From Mobula hypostoma (taxonomy: Eukaryota), in assembly GCF_963921235.1 (NCBI RefSeq), contig NC_086102.1:142352001-142414514 (forward strand): a stretch of DNA of 62,514 nucleotides, written 5' to 3'. Below are positions 12,701 through 25,552 of this stretch, one piece after another. The translations under genes and the position numbers were made by a program. How positions within the stretch are numbered: the first letter of the stretch is position 1; each line of letters starts with the position of its first letter. Under the pieces are notes generated by a model, which had not been told where the DNA came from, searched no databases, and saw only the letters and a program-made list of their open reading frames with translations.

Positions 12701-13109
12701 GAACTAGTAGAAAATAGCCTGGCAAGTTGTTCCAAGCACCTTGAAAAACTTGTCACAGTTCTTCTGCAGACTTTGGCTGTCTTGCTTGCTTCTGTCTCTC
12801 CGGATAATCCAGGACAGCGTTGATGATGTGATATCAGGAATCTGAGGAGGCCATACCATCTAACACCATTTAAAAAATCTGGGGTACCTATGACTTTTGC
12901 ACAGTTCTGTACTTCGGAACTAACCTGGGAACCTGTGCGATTTCAGGTCAACCATACGATCTGGCCAGGGTGGAGGGGTGCTGTGAGGCGCTGACAGTCA
13001 TCTTCTTCAGCTGTTCAGTCGTATCTACCTGTCCTTTCAATCACAACAACGGCTCTGGCTTTGCCTCTGATCAGACTCCATAATGCTCTGAGGTTTGCTG
13101 TAATGCACC

Positions 13110-16100
13110 TTTCACCTATCAATGAGATACTGGATCCTGCCAAATACCTGGTGAGATGCGAGGAGGCACCCCTCAGAATAGACCGGGGACCCATCCACCA
13201 AACAAGGAGGGGTGGGGTGGTAACTGGAGTAAGGGGGAAGGAAGTCATCAAACTTGGAACACTGGGTGAATCGTCATTGATGATGGTAGGTGAAATCTAT
13301 TCAAGACCTTCTTGATGGCCTTCTTCATCATGATTGGACCCCCAGCATGGGGGTAACTGGTAGTTCTTGACTTTCAAGGGAAGATCCTTAGATGCCAGCC
13401 AGACTTTCTCTGATGGCTTAAGAGGCTTCTTGTTGGCAGAGCTGATCAGTCTGCTGGGCACGTTGTTTCTGAGCATACTGCAGAGATGTCCTGGCCTGTT
13501 TCCACATGCACTTATAGCATTGGACCAACTGTTCAGCACTAGGAACTCTCACTTCAATCTCTTGTTCAAGGAAGCTTGATAGCTGGAATGCTTCTGGCAT
13601 TCAAAGGGGGATATGCCAGTAGAGGATGACTGGAGGTTACTCTGGGCAAACTCTGCCCAAATAAATTTGGAGCTCCAGGACATGCGGTTGGAAGAGACAA
13701 GGCAGCCGAGGGTTGTCTCCAGCTCCTGATTCACCCTCTCAATCTGGCTGTTAGATTGGGGGTCGAAACCAGATGAGACGCCAGCTGTGGTTTCCACAGG
13801 AGAACAGAAGGTTTTCTAAATATGGGATGTGACCTATGGTCCTTGATCAGACACTATGTCCTGCAGGAAGCCATGTAGCCTGAATATGTGCTGAATCATG
13901 AGGGTAGCGGTCTCAGGAGCTGATGGGAGTTTAGGGAGAGCAATGAAGTGGGCAGCCTTGGAGAATGGGTCCACAATCACCAGTTACCGGTTGCCCCCAC
14001 GCTACATAGGTCCATTCATAGTGAAGTGTTTCCATCAGACAGGGGCACACAAGTGATGAAATACACTGAGAGGTGGGACCAGGGCGCGGTGAGGCACAGG
14101 CAGTGGACATAGCAGACACATAGGGTGCTAGTGTGATGTCTTGTTCTAGGCACAAGTGGGACAGGCAGAGATGAAGTCATGGATGTCCTGGGATGTAGAT
14201 GGCCACTTCTTGATAAATTCCAGGATCTGTTGAGTATCTGTATGTCCAAGCAGGTAGGAGGAGTAACCCCGTTCCAACACTGTGTGCAGTGTGACAGGGA
14301 CAAAAAGCCAGCTGGGGCTGCCCACTTGGGCCTGGATCTGACTGTCAGGTGGCCCTCAGCTCTGCCTCTATACCCCAAATCAGCAGACCGTGCATGACTG
14401 AGGAAGGAAGGGGTCTGTACTGGCATTGCCCACAAACACGTCAATCTGCCGAGAGAGATCTCAGCCTTGGAATTCTAGCTGCCGGGATGGTAGATGAGGG
14501 TAAAATTGAACCGGGTGAAGAAAAGAACCCAGCAGGCTTGTTGACAGTTGAGTCTCTTGAAGTCCCAAATGTAGGAGAGGTTCTTCTGATCTGTGCATAC
14601 CAAAAAGTGGTGCTCAGCCCCTTACAGCCAGTCACCATTCTTCCAGGGCCTCCTTGACAGCCAGAAGTTCTCAGTTTCCAACATTGTAGTTATGCTCAGC
14701 AGGAGCCAAGCAACAGGAAAGAAAGGCACAGGGGTGCGGCTGGTTATCCACAGAGGAGTGCTGGGACAGTAAATCTCCAATGCTGATATCTGATGCATCC
14801 ATCTTAACCATGAATGGATGGGATGGGTCTAGGTGTTTCAGCACTGGGGCAGTGGTAAGGTTTCACTTTAGGTCCAAGAACACTTGTCCAAAGGAATCCT
14901 GCAGAGATCTTCTTGGTGAGTGCATTTAGAGGGGCTGTGATGGAACGGAAGTTCCTGATGAAGCGGCAATTAAAGTTTGCAAACTTCATGAAGCTCTGCA
15001 CCTGTTTGACTAGGTGGTTTGGGCCACTCTGACTTCCTGAACTTTACACGGACCCACTTGAACACTGGAAGGGATGAGGATATAGCCCAATAATGATATC
15101 TGATCTTTATGGAACTCACACTTCTCTGGCTTGAGAAGCCGTTGGAGAACGTGCTGGACATGTTCCTGGCAAAAGTCTCAAAATACACCTCAAATACACA
15201 AAAACAAACTGATTCAACTTGTCCCAGAGCACATCATTGACCAGGGACTGAAAAACAGCAGCCAGACCAAAGGGCACCACAAGATACTCAGAGTGGACAG
15301 TGGAGGTGTTAAAGGCTGTCTTCCAACTGTCCCTTTATCAGATATGAACCGCAGCGCAGATCTATTCTGAAAAAAATATCGTTGCTCCCTGGATATGTTT
15401 GAATGCAGAGGTGAGCAGGGAATGAGGGTAGTGGTTGTTCACTTTGATGTTGTTGGGTGGTTGGTAATCAAAGCAGGGACAGAGCTTGCCGTATTTTTGC
15501 TCACAAAAAAAAGAAGCCCGCCCCTGCTGACATGATTGACAGATGAATAAACCCTAAGGCCAATGCTTCCTTGATGCACTCTACAAAGGCCATATTTTCA
15601 GGAAGAGAGAGGGAAAAGAGCTTCCTCGGGAAGGACTAGTAGCGGGTAAGAGGTCAATGGCACAGTTATATAGCCAATGTGGAGGCAGCGAGGTGGAATT
15701 CTTTTTCCTGAGGATCTCAGGAAGGTCTCCATATTCAGTCAGAATGACAGGTGGGTCCACAATAGCAGTTGGCACAGGAGGGAACATGCTGACAGGAGTT
15801 TGACCCAGGCAGGTAGACAGGTGTGCCAATCCCACTCTTGGAGTGCCTTTAGGAAACAATCAATCCATGGGTTGTGTCGAGATAACCAGGGAAGGCCAGG
15901 CACTAGCAACAGTACAGCCAAAGCAACCAGATAGAAGAGCTATTCCTTATGTTTGCCTTCCAGCACAATAGCCTAGTTCTGTGGAAAGATTAATCTTCTT
16001 AGTGCCCAGAGGCCAAAATGGCCTTGAGATCAATATTGTCTCTCTGTTGCTGAGTTGGAACTCTCTATCATTGAGCCAGAGGGCTATCCATGAGATTCCC

Positions 16101-17190
16101 GGCTGCCACAGAGTCAATGTACCCCTGAAGCTTGTGGGTCTGAGACTCCCATAACAAGGAAGCTTAAATCATTACATAATTAGGAAAAGATGCTTACAGG
16201 GAGAATCGACCTGGCAGAATTCTCTTTCCTGCTGGTGGGTATTCACTATTACTGGGCTCTTGGGACATACAGTCCAGAAGTGTCCTGGATTGCCACAGTA
16301 GAGGCAGGAACCTGTTCTCCTGTGCTGATCTCATTCCTCCTGAGAAAGCTGCATGCACCCTGCCTGCCTAGGCTCCTCCCTGGACTGTGTACTGGGTGGT
16401 ATGGGAGAGGGTAGACGAACAATGATCGAAGGAGTAAGAAACTCAGGGCATTCTTTCTTGCACGATTCAGGTGCCTGGCTGTGAACTCGAATGGTCAGAT
16501 TAATCAGGTCATTCAGGCTGTCCTACTCATCACGCACTACAATCTCATGCACACCCCTGCAATCAGTCTTCTCTGGAAGGCAGTGATGAGGAATCTCTAC
16601 CACAAGCATATGGAACTTTACTGTGGAGTCTCTCACTGTCCCTTCCTTTGGCGCAGGTCCAGGAGTTGATAAGCACCCTCGTGACCCGATACTTGAAGAC
16701 CAATAACTCTCTTGAACTCGATAACAAATTGCCAAATGATTGTGTTGTGTACAGAGGTGAACAGGCTGAGTGGGGGTCCGTCTTGGAAATTCACCATGTA
16801 CGCTAGGGTACATGCATCCTCACTGGACCAGCTACGCTGGCTTGGAAAATCTGCTCACAACTGCGTAACAAAATTCCTGTAGTCATTGGGGTTACTGGAG
16901 TATCTGCCAGGTCAGCGTATTAGCGGCCGAGATTGTTGAGGCTGCAGGGGAGGAGAATCTAGGAAATGCTGACAGTGAGAATGACAAGGCTAAAGGCTAC
17001 TGAGTTCGGGCAGCAAGAGTGGTAATGGGCATCACCTGATTACAGCGATCAGTAATAAGGTGCTGAACCACGGCCGTGACAGCAGTAACTGTTGCCACCT
17101 GATTCCGGGTGTCTGCAGTGAGTTGCAAATCATTGCCACAAGGGCTGACACTCGCTCTTCCAGCTGGGCCTGGGCTTTTTTGCAAGAGCC
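13110..17190 (-). mobile_element. Degraded Ty3/Gypsy chromovirus (Sushi-like) internal region
   Basis: Minus strand carries a CCHC knuckle CLYCGNPGHFWTVC (about 16262-16306), protease YIDSVAAGNLMD and GLPWLSRHNPWID, RT FANFNCRFIRNFRSITAPLNALTKK, integrase PWSHLSVYFIT and PQSNSQIERVNQELE, and a chromodomain start VDGSPVY...QYLID. Many stops and frameshifts. Confidence 0.92.
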
Positions 17191-18414
17191 ATCCCCTTCT
17201 CACGATTCCCCCGTCTCCATCGCATCTGCTCTCAGGATGAGGCTTTTCAATTCAGGACGAAGGAGAGGTCTTCCTTTTTTAAAGAAACGGGCTTCCCTTC
17301 CTCCACCATCAACTCTGCTCTCAAACGTATCTCTCCCATTTCACGCACATCTGCTCTCACCCCATCCTCCCGCCACCCCACTAGGAGTAGGGTTCCCCTT
17401 GTCCTCACCCACCACCCCACCAGCCTCCGGGTCCTACATATAATTCTCCGTAACTTCTGCCACCTCCAATGGGATCCCACCACTAAGCACATCTTTCCCT
17501 CCCCCCCCCTGCTTTCCACAGGGATCACTCCCTATTTGACTCCCTTGTCCATTTGTACCCCCCATCCCTTCCCACCGATCTCCCTCCTGGCACTTATCCT
17601 TGTAAACGGAACAAGTGCTACACATGCCCTTACACTTCCTCCCTCACCACCATTCAGGGCCCCAGACAGTCCTTCCAGGTGAGGCAACACTTCACCTGTG
17701 AGTCGGCTGGGGTGATATACTGCATCCGGTGCTCCCGGTGCGGCCTTCTATATATTGACGAGACCCGACGCAGACTGGGAGACTGTTTCGCTGAACACCT
17801 ATGCTCTGTCGACCAGAGAAAGCAGGATCTCCCAATGGCCACACATTTTAATTCCACGTCCCATTCTCACTCTGATATGTCTGTCCATGGCCTCTTCTAC
17901 TGTCAAGATGAAGCCACACTCAGGCTGGAGGAACAACACCTTATATTCCATCTGGGTAGCCTCCAACCTGATTGCATGAACATTGACTTCTCTAACTTCT
18001 GTTAGTGCCCCTCGTCCCCTTCTTACCCCATCTCTTTTATATTTATTTAATAATTTTTAATTTTTTTCTCACTATATCTTCCTCTGGTGCTCCCCATCCC
18101 CCTTTCTTTCTCCCTAGGCCTCCCATCCCATGATCCCCTCCCTTTCTCCAGCCTTGTATCCCTTTTGCCAATCAACTTTCCAGCTGTTGGCTCCATCCCT
18201 CCCCCTCCTGTCTTCTCCCATCATTTCGGATCTCCCCCTCCCCCTCCCACTTTCAAATCTCTTACTATCTCTTCTTTCAGTTCGTCCTGACGAAGGGTCT
18301 CGGGCTGAAACATCAACTGTACCTCTTCCTATGGATGCTGCCTGGCCTGCTGCGTTCACCAGCATTTTGTGTGTGTTGCTTGAATTTCCAGCATCTGCAG
18401 ATTTCCTCATGTTT
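17190..18414 (+). mobile_element. Penelope-like element 3' fragment
   Basis: ORF 17553..18005 has CKRNKCYTC and a GIY-YIG motif (GVIYCIRCSRCGLLYIDET). Collinear with 47440-48660. Confidence 0.95.
18283..18319 (+). ncRNA. Minimal type I hammerhead ribozyme motif (partly decayed)
   Basis: gtcCTGACGAagggtctcgggctGAAAcatcaactg. Confidence 0.65.
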
Positions 18415-18562
18415 GAAATTTTGAAATATTTTCATTTTTTCACATTTTGGGTCACTGTAGGAAAAGTTATCAAATTTCGGCTTAAAAAAATGGCATTTAG
18501 GGTGTTTTTACTGCTGTCAAATATCAAAACAGGTCAAATTTGACCCTAACCGTATGTAAGGG
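18415..18562. mobile_element. piggyBac-like transposon, single end
   Basis: Ends GGG|TTAA (reverse complement TTAA|CCCTTACATACGG) and has a subterminal palindrome ggtcaaatttgacc. No partner end found. Confidence 0.6.
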
Positions 18563-18904
18563 TTAAATACCACCACAATGAACCACTAATTGGCTGTAAC
18601 ATGCATACGTATGAGCATGATTGCCAAACTTGTTCCACAGTTTCTGTATGTGATGGCATGCAGATCCCACGGCAGAGTCTGTGCTTGTGACAGATGGTCA
18701 CAAACGCGTATCAAACCTCTCCAACCTTTCTACCTGCAAATGCAGCCATTAACTGTGGAACAATTAAAACTAGATGAGGGGAGGATGACTAATCTCAAAG
18801 GTACTGGCATCAAGAAGACACAGCATAATCATTTTGTTTATTTGGTATGTTTGTTCTGATGAAGAATACACGGCTGGTTAAAAGAAAGGGTGACTGAATA
18901 AATA

Positions 18905-19170
18905 CAGCTTCTTCCCTCTGCCATCTAATTCCCAAATGGACTTTGAACCCATGAATCCATGAACACTACCTTACTACATTACTTACTTCAACTTTTGCAC
19001 TACTTATTTAATATATATATATATAATGTGCGTGTTTGTGTGTGTGTATATATATATATATTTACAGTAATTCATAGTTTTTCTATTATTATGTATTACA
19101 TTGTACAGCTGCCAGAAAGACAACAAATTTCAGGGCATACGCCAGTGATATTAAACCTGATTCTGATTTT
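18905..19170 (+). mobile_element. LINE 3' end (Rex/Babar- or L2-like; aaacctgattctga tail)
   Basis: cagcttcttccctctgccatc...gatattaaacctgattctga. Related copies at about 35075-35230 and 2600-2732. Confidence 0.6.
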
Positions 19171-19199
19171 GGTTTTAGATTCAAACAAAGGTCATGACC

Positions 19200-20374
19200 A
19201 GGTTACTTAAACCTAAAATTGTAATATTAGAAAGTTCTGCCTGCGGAGGAATGAAAACAAGGTTTACCGATTTTAAAAAAAGAGAATTTGAAAAAAAACG
19301 CTATGCAAGGGCAGAGCAGGCTGGACACAGGATGGACAAGAATACAAATGCAACAACGATTAGAAGCAGAAGACGTAAATTATTAGGAGTGGAATAAGTA
19401 GTCAGTATCGTTACCCTACTAACTTGAAACCCTCAGGATGAAACCCCTGGAGGAGAGACAATAACGATATTAGATTTAGTGAAGCTACAGCCATAACATG
19501 CAGCAGGTATAACGAGACAATATCGGCAGAGACCAGTGTTCAAAATCCCTACCGTGTAATTGCGAGTTCTGCAAAATCATACGAGGGCATTCAGTCAAGT
19601 TTTGTACAAGTTTGTTGATTGACTTTCTGTGGATGATCAACTATTTCATTCCAAAGAACCAAGAAACATGATGGCAAGCCACCCAAGATGAAGAACCAGC
19701 GTGGGAATGAAATGTGTAATGGCACAGTGGATTTAATACAACTGGATGTATTTTCATTCGAAGAATCCGAATTTGATTTTCTGCAAGAACTGATTATTTT
19801 TGCAAAGACCTTGATGAGTTACTGAATGAGATTTACTTTGTTTAAGAGTTGTGATGTTGGAGAATTGTTGTGAAAGGTGTTAAACTGTGTATATATAATT
19901 TTTGAATTTGAATTTAAACTTGTAGATATGCTGCCTGGAACTGAAACTGAAGTTAGCTATAATACTTGAAAATAGTAATTATATTTGGTTTTATAACTAA
20001 CTAGGGATAAGTAAAAAGGGAAATTTAGTCTGTAAACTTTTAAATAGGGAATAACACTAGATGTAATTGGTTAGAGAAATTAGAGTAACACAGGTTATTC
20101 TAATGAATATCACTGATTCTAACTAAATAGGAATTAGGCTTTTGTTGACATCTAAGATTTGGAAGCTAAGCAGAATGTCAAAATTTTGAATTATTCTTGC
20201 TCATGTAAATGTTTTGTCCATATTGCTTTTCCGTTAAATACAAAACCTTATTTTCAAAAGTGTGGAGTTCCTATTCACTGCCTCCTTCCGATACCTGGAT
20301 TCTTCTGATGGTCTATTAGCACCTGTTGTAATTTGATTTTCTCTAAAGAGTGTGACGACTAGTCACGCACGACA
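19200..20374 (+). mobile_element. Putative degraded gag-like/LTR element remnant
   Basis: Knuckle-like CEFCKIIRGHSVKFC near 19561-19605, an AT-rich downstream tract and a possible LTR end ...gcacgaca. No TSD found. Confidence 0.35.
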
Positions 20375-21109
20375 AGACTGGTGCTACACAGGGGTTATAC
20401 GGTGTTTATCAGAGGCTGGGATGAAAGGCAAATCTTACACAAAAACTCAAGGCCATCTAAAGTGCGCCGTGTTAGCAGCTGAGAGTAACAGTCAGGAATA
20501 GATGCACTTTTAACAGCTCCTGCACTGATGTCAGGGTTGCGGACTGCTACAACAGAAAATGTCAGAAGGCCTGTGTAGCAGCAGAGCTGGGAGCCCAAAC
20601 CAGCAGGCAGCAGAACTGGTGGGTGGACCAGGACAAATGTTTCAGGTTTTTTTTTCAGTGCCAATCCTGTGAGCCAGGAGTAAATCTGCTTGTCCCTACA
20701 TCCCACAAGAAGCGTCTGACTCCTTCACATTGCAGACCTCCCTTTTGCCCTGCTGCCAAATTGACATTCACACCACACTGCCTCCAATCTTCGCTCCTGT
20801 CTGTTGGTCCTGACTCACTCCTGCCCAATCTGTTTGGGAGATGACTCTACTCACTAAGACCCAGGGGGTCTGTAATCTGTGCAGTCAAAATTGGCAAATG
20901 TAAATACTTGCAAAATTTCAAGACAAAGTTTTTTAATCAAAATACATACAGTATATGCCACCATACACTCCTTGGGAGTCAATTTCCTGCAGGCATGTGC
21001 AGACAAGTAAAGAAATACAATAGAATTTATGAAAAACTGAAAGACTGACAACCAACCGATGTGTAAAAGAAGACAAAGTGTGCAAACAAAAAATAAATAA
21101 CAGTGTGCG

Positions 21110-21344
21110 TGTAGCAACTTCTAATCTGAAAAAGGCACACTCGACAACTTCATGCCAAAGAAACAACTTTATCTCGAACTTCAAAACCATTATGTATGTA
21201 CAGAGCCTTTCACAACCCGTACGGCATGGCAGGCACACTTTATAAAAAGCACACCAGAAGTAAAAAGAATGAAAGTAAACCCGCCCCCCCCCCCATTATC
21301 CTAATTAGTATTAACTTACTTTTACTAATGCTCACATTACAATG
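21110..21344 (-). repeat. 3' LTR of Gypsy element
   Basis: Direct repeat of 25553-25787, adjacent to the polypurine tract. Confidence 0.93.
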
Positions 21345-21357
21345 CTTCTCCCCCTTT
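21345..21357 (-). promoter_or_regulatory. Polypurine tract (PPT)
   Basis: Minus strand aaagggggagaag immediately precedes the 3' LTR. Confidence 0.85.
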
Positions 21358-21533
21358 AAAATCCAACATTCCCCAAATGTAAAAACTGGGAAATAAAAAC
21401 AATGGTGTTATTAACTTGCGTACCCCTGAAAACTTATACTAGTATCTCAGCAACAGTTTATCAATACAAAACATCTGGAAAACTTGACAGATTCAACATT
21501 CAATCTAACAACAACAAAAAAAAAACTGTCCCG

Positions 21534-24500
21534 TCAAAGATTCAGTCTGTCAGGAGGTTTACGAGTGCGCTGTGATTTGCACACTACCCCTGGTGACCCA
21601 GCAGGCACCACTGGTGAGGGTGTTTTGGGTGGTTCTGGTGTTGGGGGCATGAGAGGGGTCTGTGTGTCTGCGTGAGAATGTCCATCCTCCTCAGGGGACC
21701 CCGACCCCTCTGCCAGCGTCTCGCCCTCTGGCAAAGTCACTGGTGGACATGCTTCCACCGTAGTCTGTCTCACAAATGGAAACTCCATGGAACTGTCTGC
21801 CTCTGAGCCGGTATCATGACGCAGGCGCACACGGTCCTGATGTCTGCAGAAAATACACCCATCAGTCAGCTTAACAACATAGCAGACAGGACGACTCTGC
21901 TTAAGAATAACCCCTGGCAGCCATTGCTGATTGTTTCTCACATAGACATTGTCATCTGGTTTTAACTGTCTCTCTCGCCCATGTTGATCATGTTCCTCCT
22001 TCTGCTTTTCCTGCTTTCTCTCCACTTTTGCCTTCATGTCCGGGCGCAGCAGGTCCAATCTTGACTTGGGCCTACACCCCATCAGCATTTCTGCTGGAGT
22101 GCGGGCAGTCGTAGTCTGTGGTGTGAGGTGGTATTTCAACAGGAATCGTGAAAGCCGAATACTGAGAGAGTCCCCTGTCATCCACTTCAGGCCTTCCTTC
22201 ACTGTCTGAACAGCCCGCTCAGCCAAACCACTGGAGGCTGGGTGGAAAGGAGCCGTCCGAATGTGACGAATGCCATTCTGCTGCATGAACTCACTAACAG
22301 TTCACTGGTGAACGTCGGGCCATTAACAGTGACCAGAGTGTCAGGCAACTTGTGGACTGCAAACACTTGCCTGAGTTTGTCTATGGTTGAGAGGGCTGTG
22401 ATGTTGCTCCTGATGTGAGCTTCGATCCATTTAGAATGTGTATCCACCATTACAAGAAACATCTGCCCCATAAAAAGGCCAGCAAAATCCAAATGTAGCC
22501 TAGCCCAGGGGTGGTCTGGCCACTCCCATGGATGCAAAGGAGCTGGTGGTGGCATATTCTGATTAGTCTGACATTGTGTGCATGATTTTACCTTGTTCTC
22601 CAGATCCTGATCCATTCCTGGCCACCAAATATAGGATTTTGCAAGGCTTTTCATTCGAGACACTCTTGGGTGAGTCTCATGAATTTCCTCCACAATCTGT
22701 GAACGGCCAGGGGGAGGCACGATGACCCTTGCCCCCCAGAAAATGCAGCCATCCTGCAGACTGAGTTCTGTCTTGCCTTTGGCATAAGACCTCAGTTCCT
22801 CTCCTTCCATGACTCTGGGCCAAGCTTGTAAAACAAAAGTCTTGTCTTGGGACAGGACTGGGTCCCCCTCTGTCAACTGCTATAATGAAAACACAGTCTC
22901 TGGAGGCACATATGTAGTAACAGGTGTCTCAGGTAAAGGTAGTCGACTCAGTGCATCAGCATTTGCATTATTCTCACCCGCTCTGTACACTATAGTGTAC
23001 TGGTAGGCTGACAATGTAAGAGCCCAACGCTGTATCCTGGCTGAGGCTAGCGGTGGGATGCGTCTAGTCTCACTGAACAGGCTCATCAGTGGTTTGTGGT
23101 CCATATAAATTGTAAATACGTGTCCATAAAGGTACTGATGAAAGCATTTGACTGCTAAAACAATGGCCAGACCTTCTTTGTCTAGCTGTGAATATCCCTT
23201 CTCAGCATGTCAGGGTACGTGAAGCAAAACCAATAGGCTTCTCTGAACAGTCCTCCATTACATGTGAGAGAACTGCCCCGACTCCATAGGGCGAGGCATC
23301 GCATGCCAGGGTGATCTCCTTGTCTGGGTCATAGTGAACAAGCAGCTTCGCTGAGCGGAGGAGTTCTTTCACTTCCTTGAAAGCTTTCTCCTGCTCTTCA
23401 CCCCACTGCCATTTAGTGTCATTGTGAAGCAGCTTATACAGTCGGGTCAAAATCCTTGAGAGGTCAGGAAGAAACTTGCCATAATAATTCACCATGCCCA
23501 GAAATGATCTGAGTTCCGTGACAGTCGTAGGGCTTGGGGCTTCCTTAATAGCTCTCACTTTGTCCTCCACAGGGCAAAGCCCCTCAGCTGTGATCTTGTG
23601 TCCCAGGTAAGTCACACTCGATGCCAGGAACACACATTTTCCGCGTTTCAACCTCAGCCCTGTGTCTGAGAGCCTCTTCAGCACACGTTTTAAATTAGCC
23701 AGATGCTCCACCTCCGTAGCCCCCGTGAACAAACTATCATCAAGGTACACTGCTACGTGTGGAATCCCCTGCAGCAAAGTGTCCATTGTCCTTTGGAAAA
23801 TGGCAGGGCTGGACGCCACTCCAAACACCAGGCAATTGTACTTGAATAAACCCTTGTGCGTATTAATTGTGACGTACTCCTTTGAATCCTCGTCGAGCAG
23901 CAGCTGTTGGTAGTTGTGGCTCATGTCCAGCTTTGTGAACAGCTTACCCCCTAACAGGGTCGCAAACAGGTCATCCACCTGAGGCAATGGGTACTCCTCC
24001 AGCCTAGAGACCTGATTCACCGTATGTTTATAATCCCCACATATCCTCACCGTTTTGTCTGCCTTCAAAATTAGAACAATGGGAGCCGCCCACCTTGAAA
24101 GCTGGATGGGTTCAATAATGCCCAGTCTCTGTAGACGTTCCAGCTCCTCCTTGACTCTGCCTTTCATGGCATAGGGCACCAACCTGGGCTTAAAAAAACG
24201 TTGTGTAGCCTCAGGGTCGACATGGAGTTTCACTGTTACACCCTTCAGTGTTCCCAGCTCCTCCCTGAAAACGTCACTGTACCACTGCAGAACGTCCTCC
24301 GTCGTGTGCGCATACTTAATTTCATGCCAGTTTAGCCGGATTTTGCGAAGCCAAACGCGACCCAAAAGACTGGGCCCCCTGCCCTTAGCTATCACTAGCC
24401 TGGCTTCAGCCTTCTGACCCCCGGCTGAAATATCCACATATAACACCCCTAAATGAGGTATGGGCTGCCCCGTATAAAGTTTGAGCTTTGACGGTCTAAT

Positions 24501-24998
24501 GGGAGGCAGGTTGGACCCCCATGTCCTCCTGTAGATCTCCTCACTAATGACCGATGCAGTAGCCCCTGAATAAATCTCAAACTTAATGTCCTTTCCCCTG
24601 ACAGTGACTGTGGCATAATATGGTTCAGGTGGTTCCTCATCTGTTTCCACTGCAAACATGTTGTAGGCACACGCTGCCTCTTCATCTGCTTCTTCTAGAT
24701 GGTGTGTGACTGCCTGATCCTGTTGAGCTTTCCCCCGCCCAGGCTTAATCTTACCCTTCGAACTTCTGTACTTTCTAGCTAAATGCCCCTTTTTGCTACA
24801 AGCATGGCAGACAGTGTCTTTGAATTTGCAACCATTTGCATAGTGTGTCCCTCCACACCAGAAACATTCCACCCGCTTTGCCTGTTTACCAGTATCCCTC
24901 CTGACTTGGTGCACTGCCGCCGACTGCGACCCCCACCCCCCCATGTCCTTTCTGGATATCCTTGACATTATTAGCAGCCATCTCCATGCCTTGGACAA
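21534..24998 (-). pseudogene. pol: Gypsy gag C-terminus plus pol (PR, RT, RNase H, integrase), frameshifted
   Basis: Split across ORFs 23202..24998, 22880..23104, 22199..22876 and 21534..22286. Two knuckles (CFWCGGTHYANGC, CHACSKKGHLARKY), PR site mutated (FEIYSGA), RT YLDD, RNase H ACDASPYGVGAVL, integrase HHCC plus LDFAG / TVNG (D lost) / AERAV. Confidence 0.95.
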
Positions 24999-25476
24999 TC
25001 TCTAAGGCTTTCTTGAAAGTCAGTGGTGGGGTTTCCCCTAACAGGCGGCGTTGTATGCCGTCATTATTAATGTCGCATACCAATCGATCACGGAGCATGT
25101 CATCGAACACCACTCCGAAATCACAATGCTCCGACAGCTGCCGAAGCTCGGCCATGAAATTGGCCACAGACTGACCTGGCTTCCTGAAACGGCTGTGAAA
25201 CTTACACCGTTGGACTATCACAGAAGGTTTCGGATTGTAGTGGTTCCCCACGAGCTTAACCAGTTTGTCATATGGACTGTCCCCTGGTTTACACAGTGTG
25301 GCTAAATTCATTATTAGCTTGTAAGTCTTTGCCCCACACACACTCAGGAGAATAGAGTGCTTCTTAGCCTCCTCAGTAATTCCATTCACACAGAAAAAGT
25401 GTCCCAACCTTTCCTCATACTCCAGCCAGTCCTCATTTCCTTCCAGAAATTCACCGATAGTTCCAAACGTCACCAT
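24886..25476 (-). pseudogene. gag: Gypsy gag N-terminal/capsid region
   Basis: MVTFGTIGEF...DWLEYEERL...ELRQLSEHCDFG...MLRDRLVC, typical of Mag-like gag. Frameshifted relative to the knuckle/pol ORF. Confidence 0.9.
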
Positions 25477-25534
25477 CTGAAACGCAAAGCTCCCATTCCA
25501 AAAAACGTGCTGATACATTCACAAAAACCAGTTC

Positions 25535-25546
25535 ACCTCGTCGCCA
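25535..25546 (-). promoter_or_regulatory. Primer binding site (PBS)
   Basis: Minus strand TGGCGACGAGGT a few nucleotides inside the 5' LTR. Confidence 0.8.
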
Positions 25547-25552
25547 AAAATA

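Larger units (their letters stand above)
11150..12909. mobile_element. Non-autonomous Tc1/mariner element hosting two nested retroelement fragments
   Basis: Termini TA|cagtattgtgcaaaagcctcagg and cctatgacttttgcacagttctg|TA are inverted repeats with a TA TSD. No transposase ORF. Confidence 0.85.

Noticed and set aside
12920-12940. LTWEP as a chromodomain signature on the plus strand
   Set aside because: Five residues with no upstream chromodomain context; it directly abuts the Tc1 end.
18087-18543. Recurring ORFs such as PDEGSRPETSTVPLP (also 28751..29227 and 48260..48715)
   Set aside because: These are translations of the non-coding Penelope terminus; the conservation reflects the hammerhead RNA and copy homology.
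19450-19620. Papillomavirus E7-like peptide fragments
   Set aside because: The resemblance is split over different frames with no LxCxE or paired CxxC; a gag-like knuckle explains the region better.
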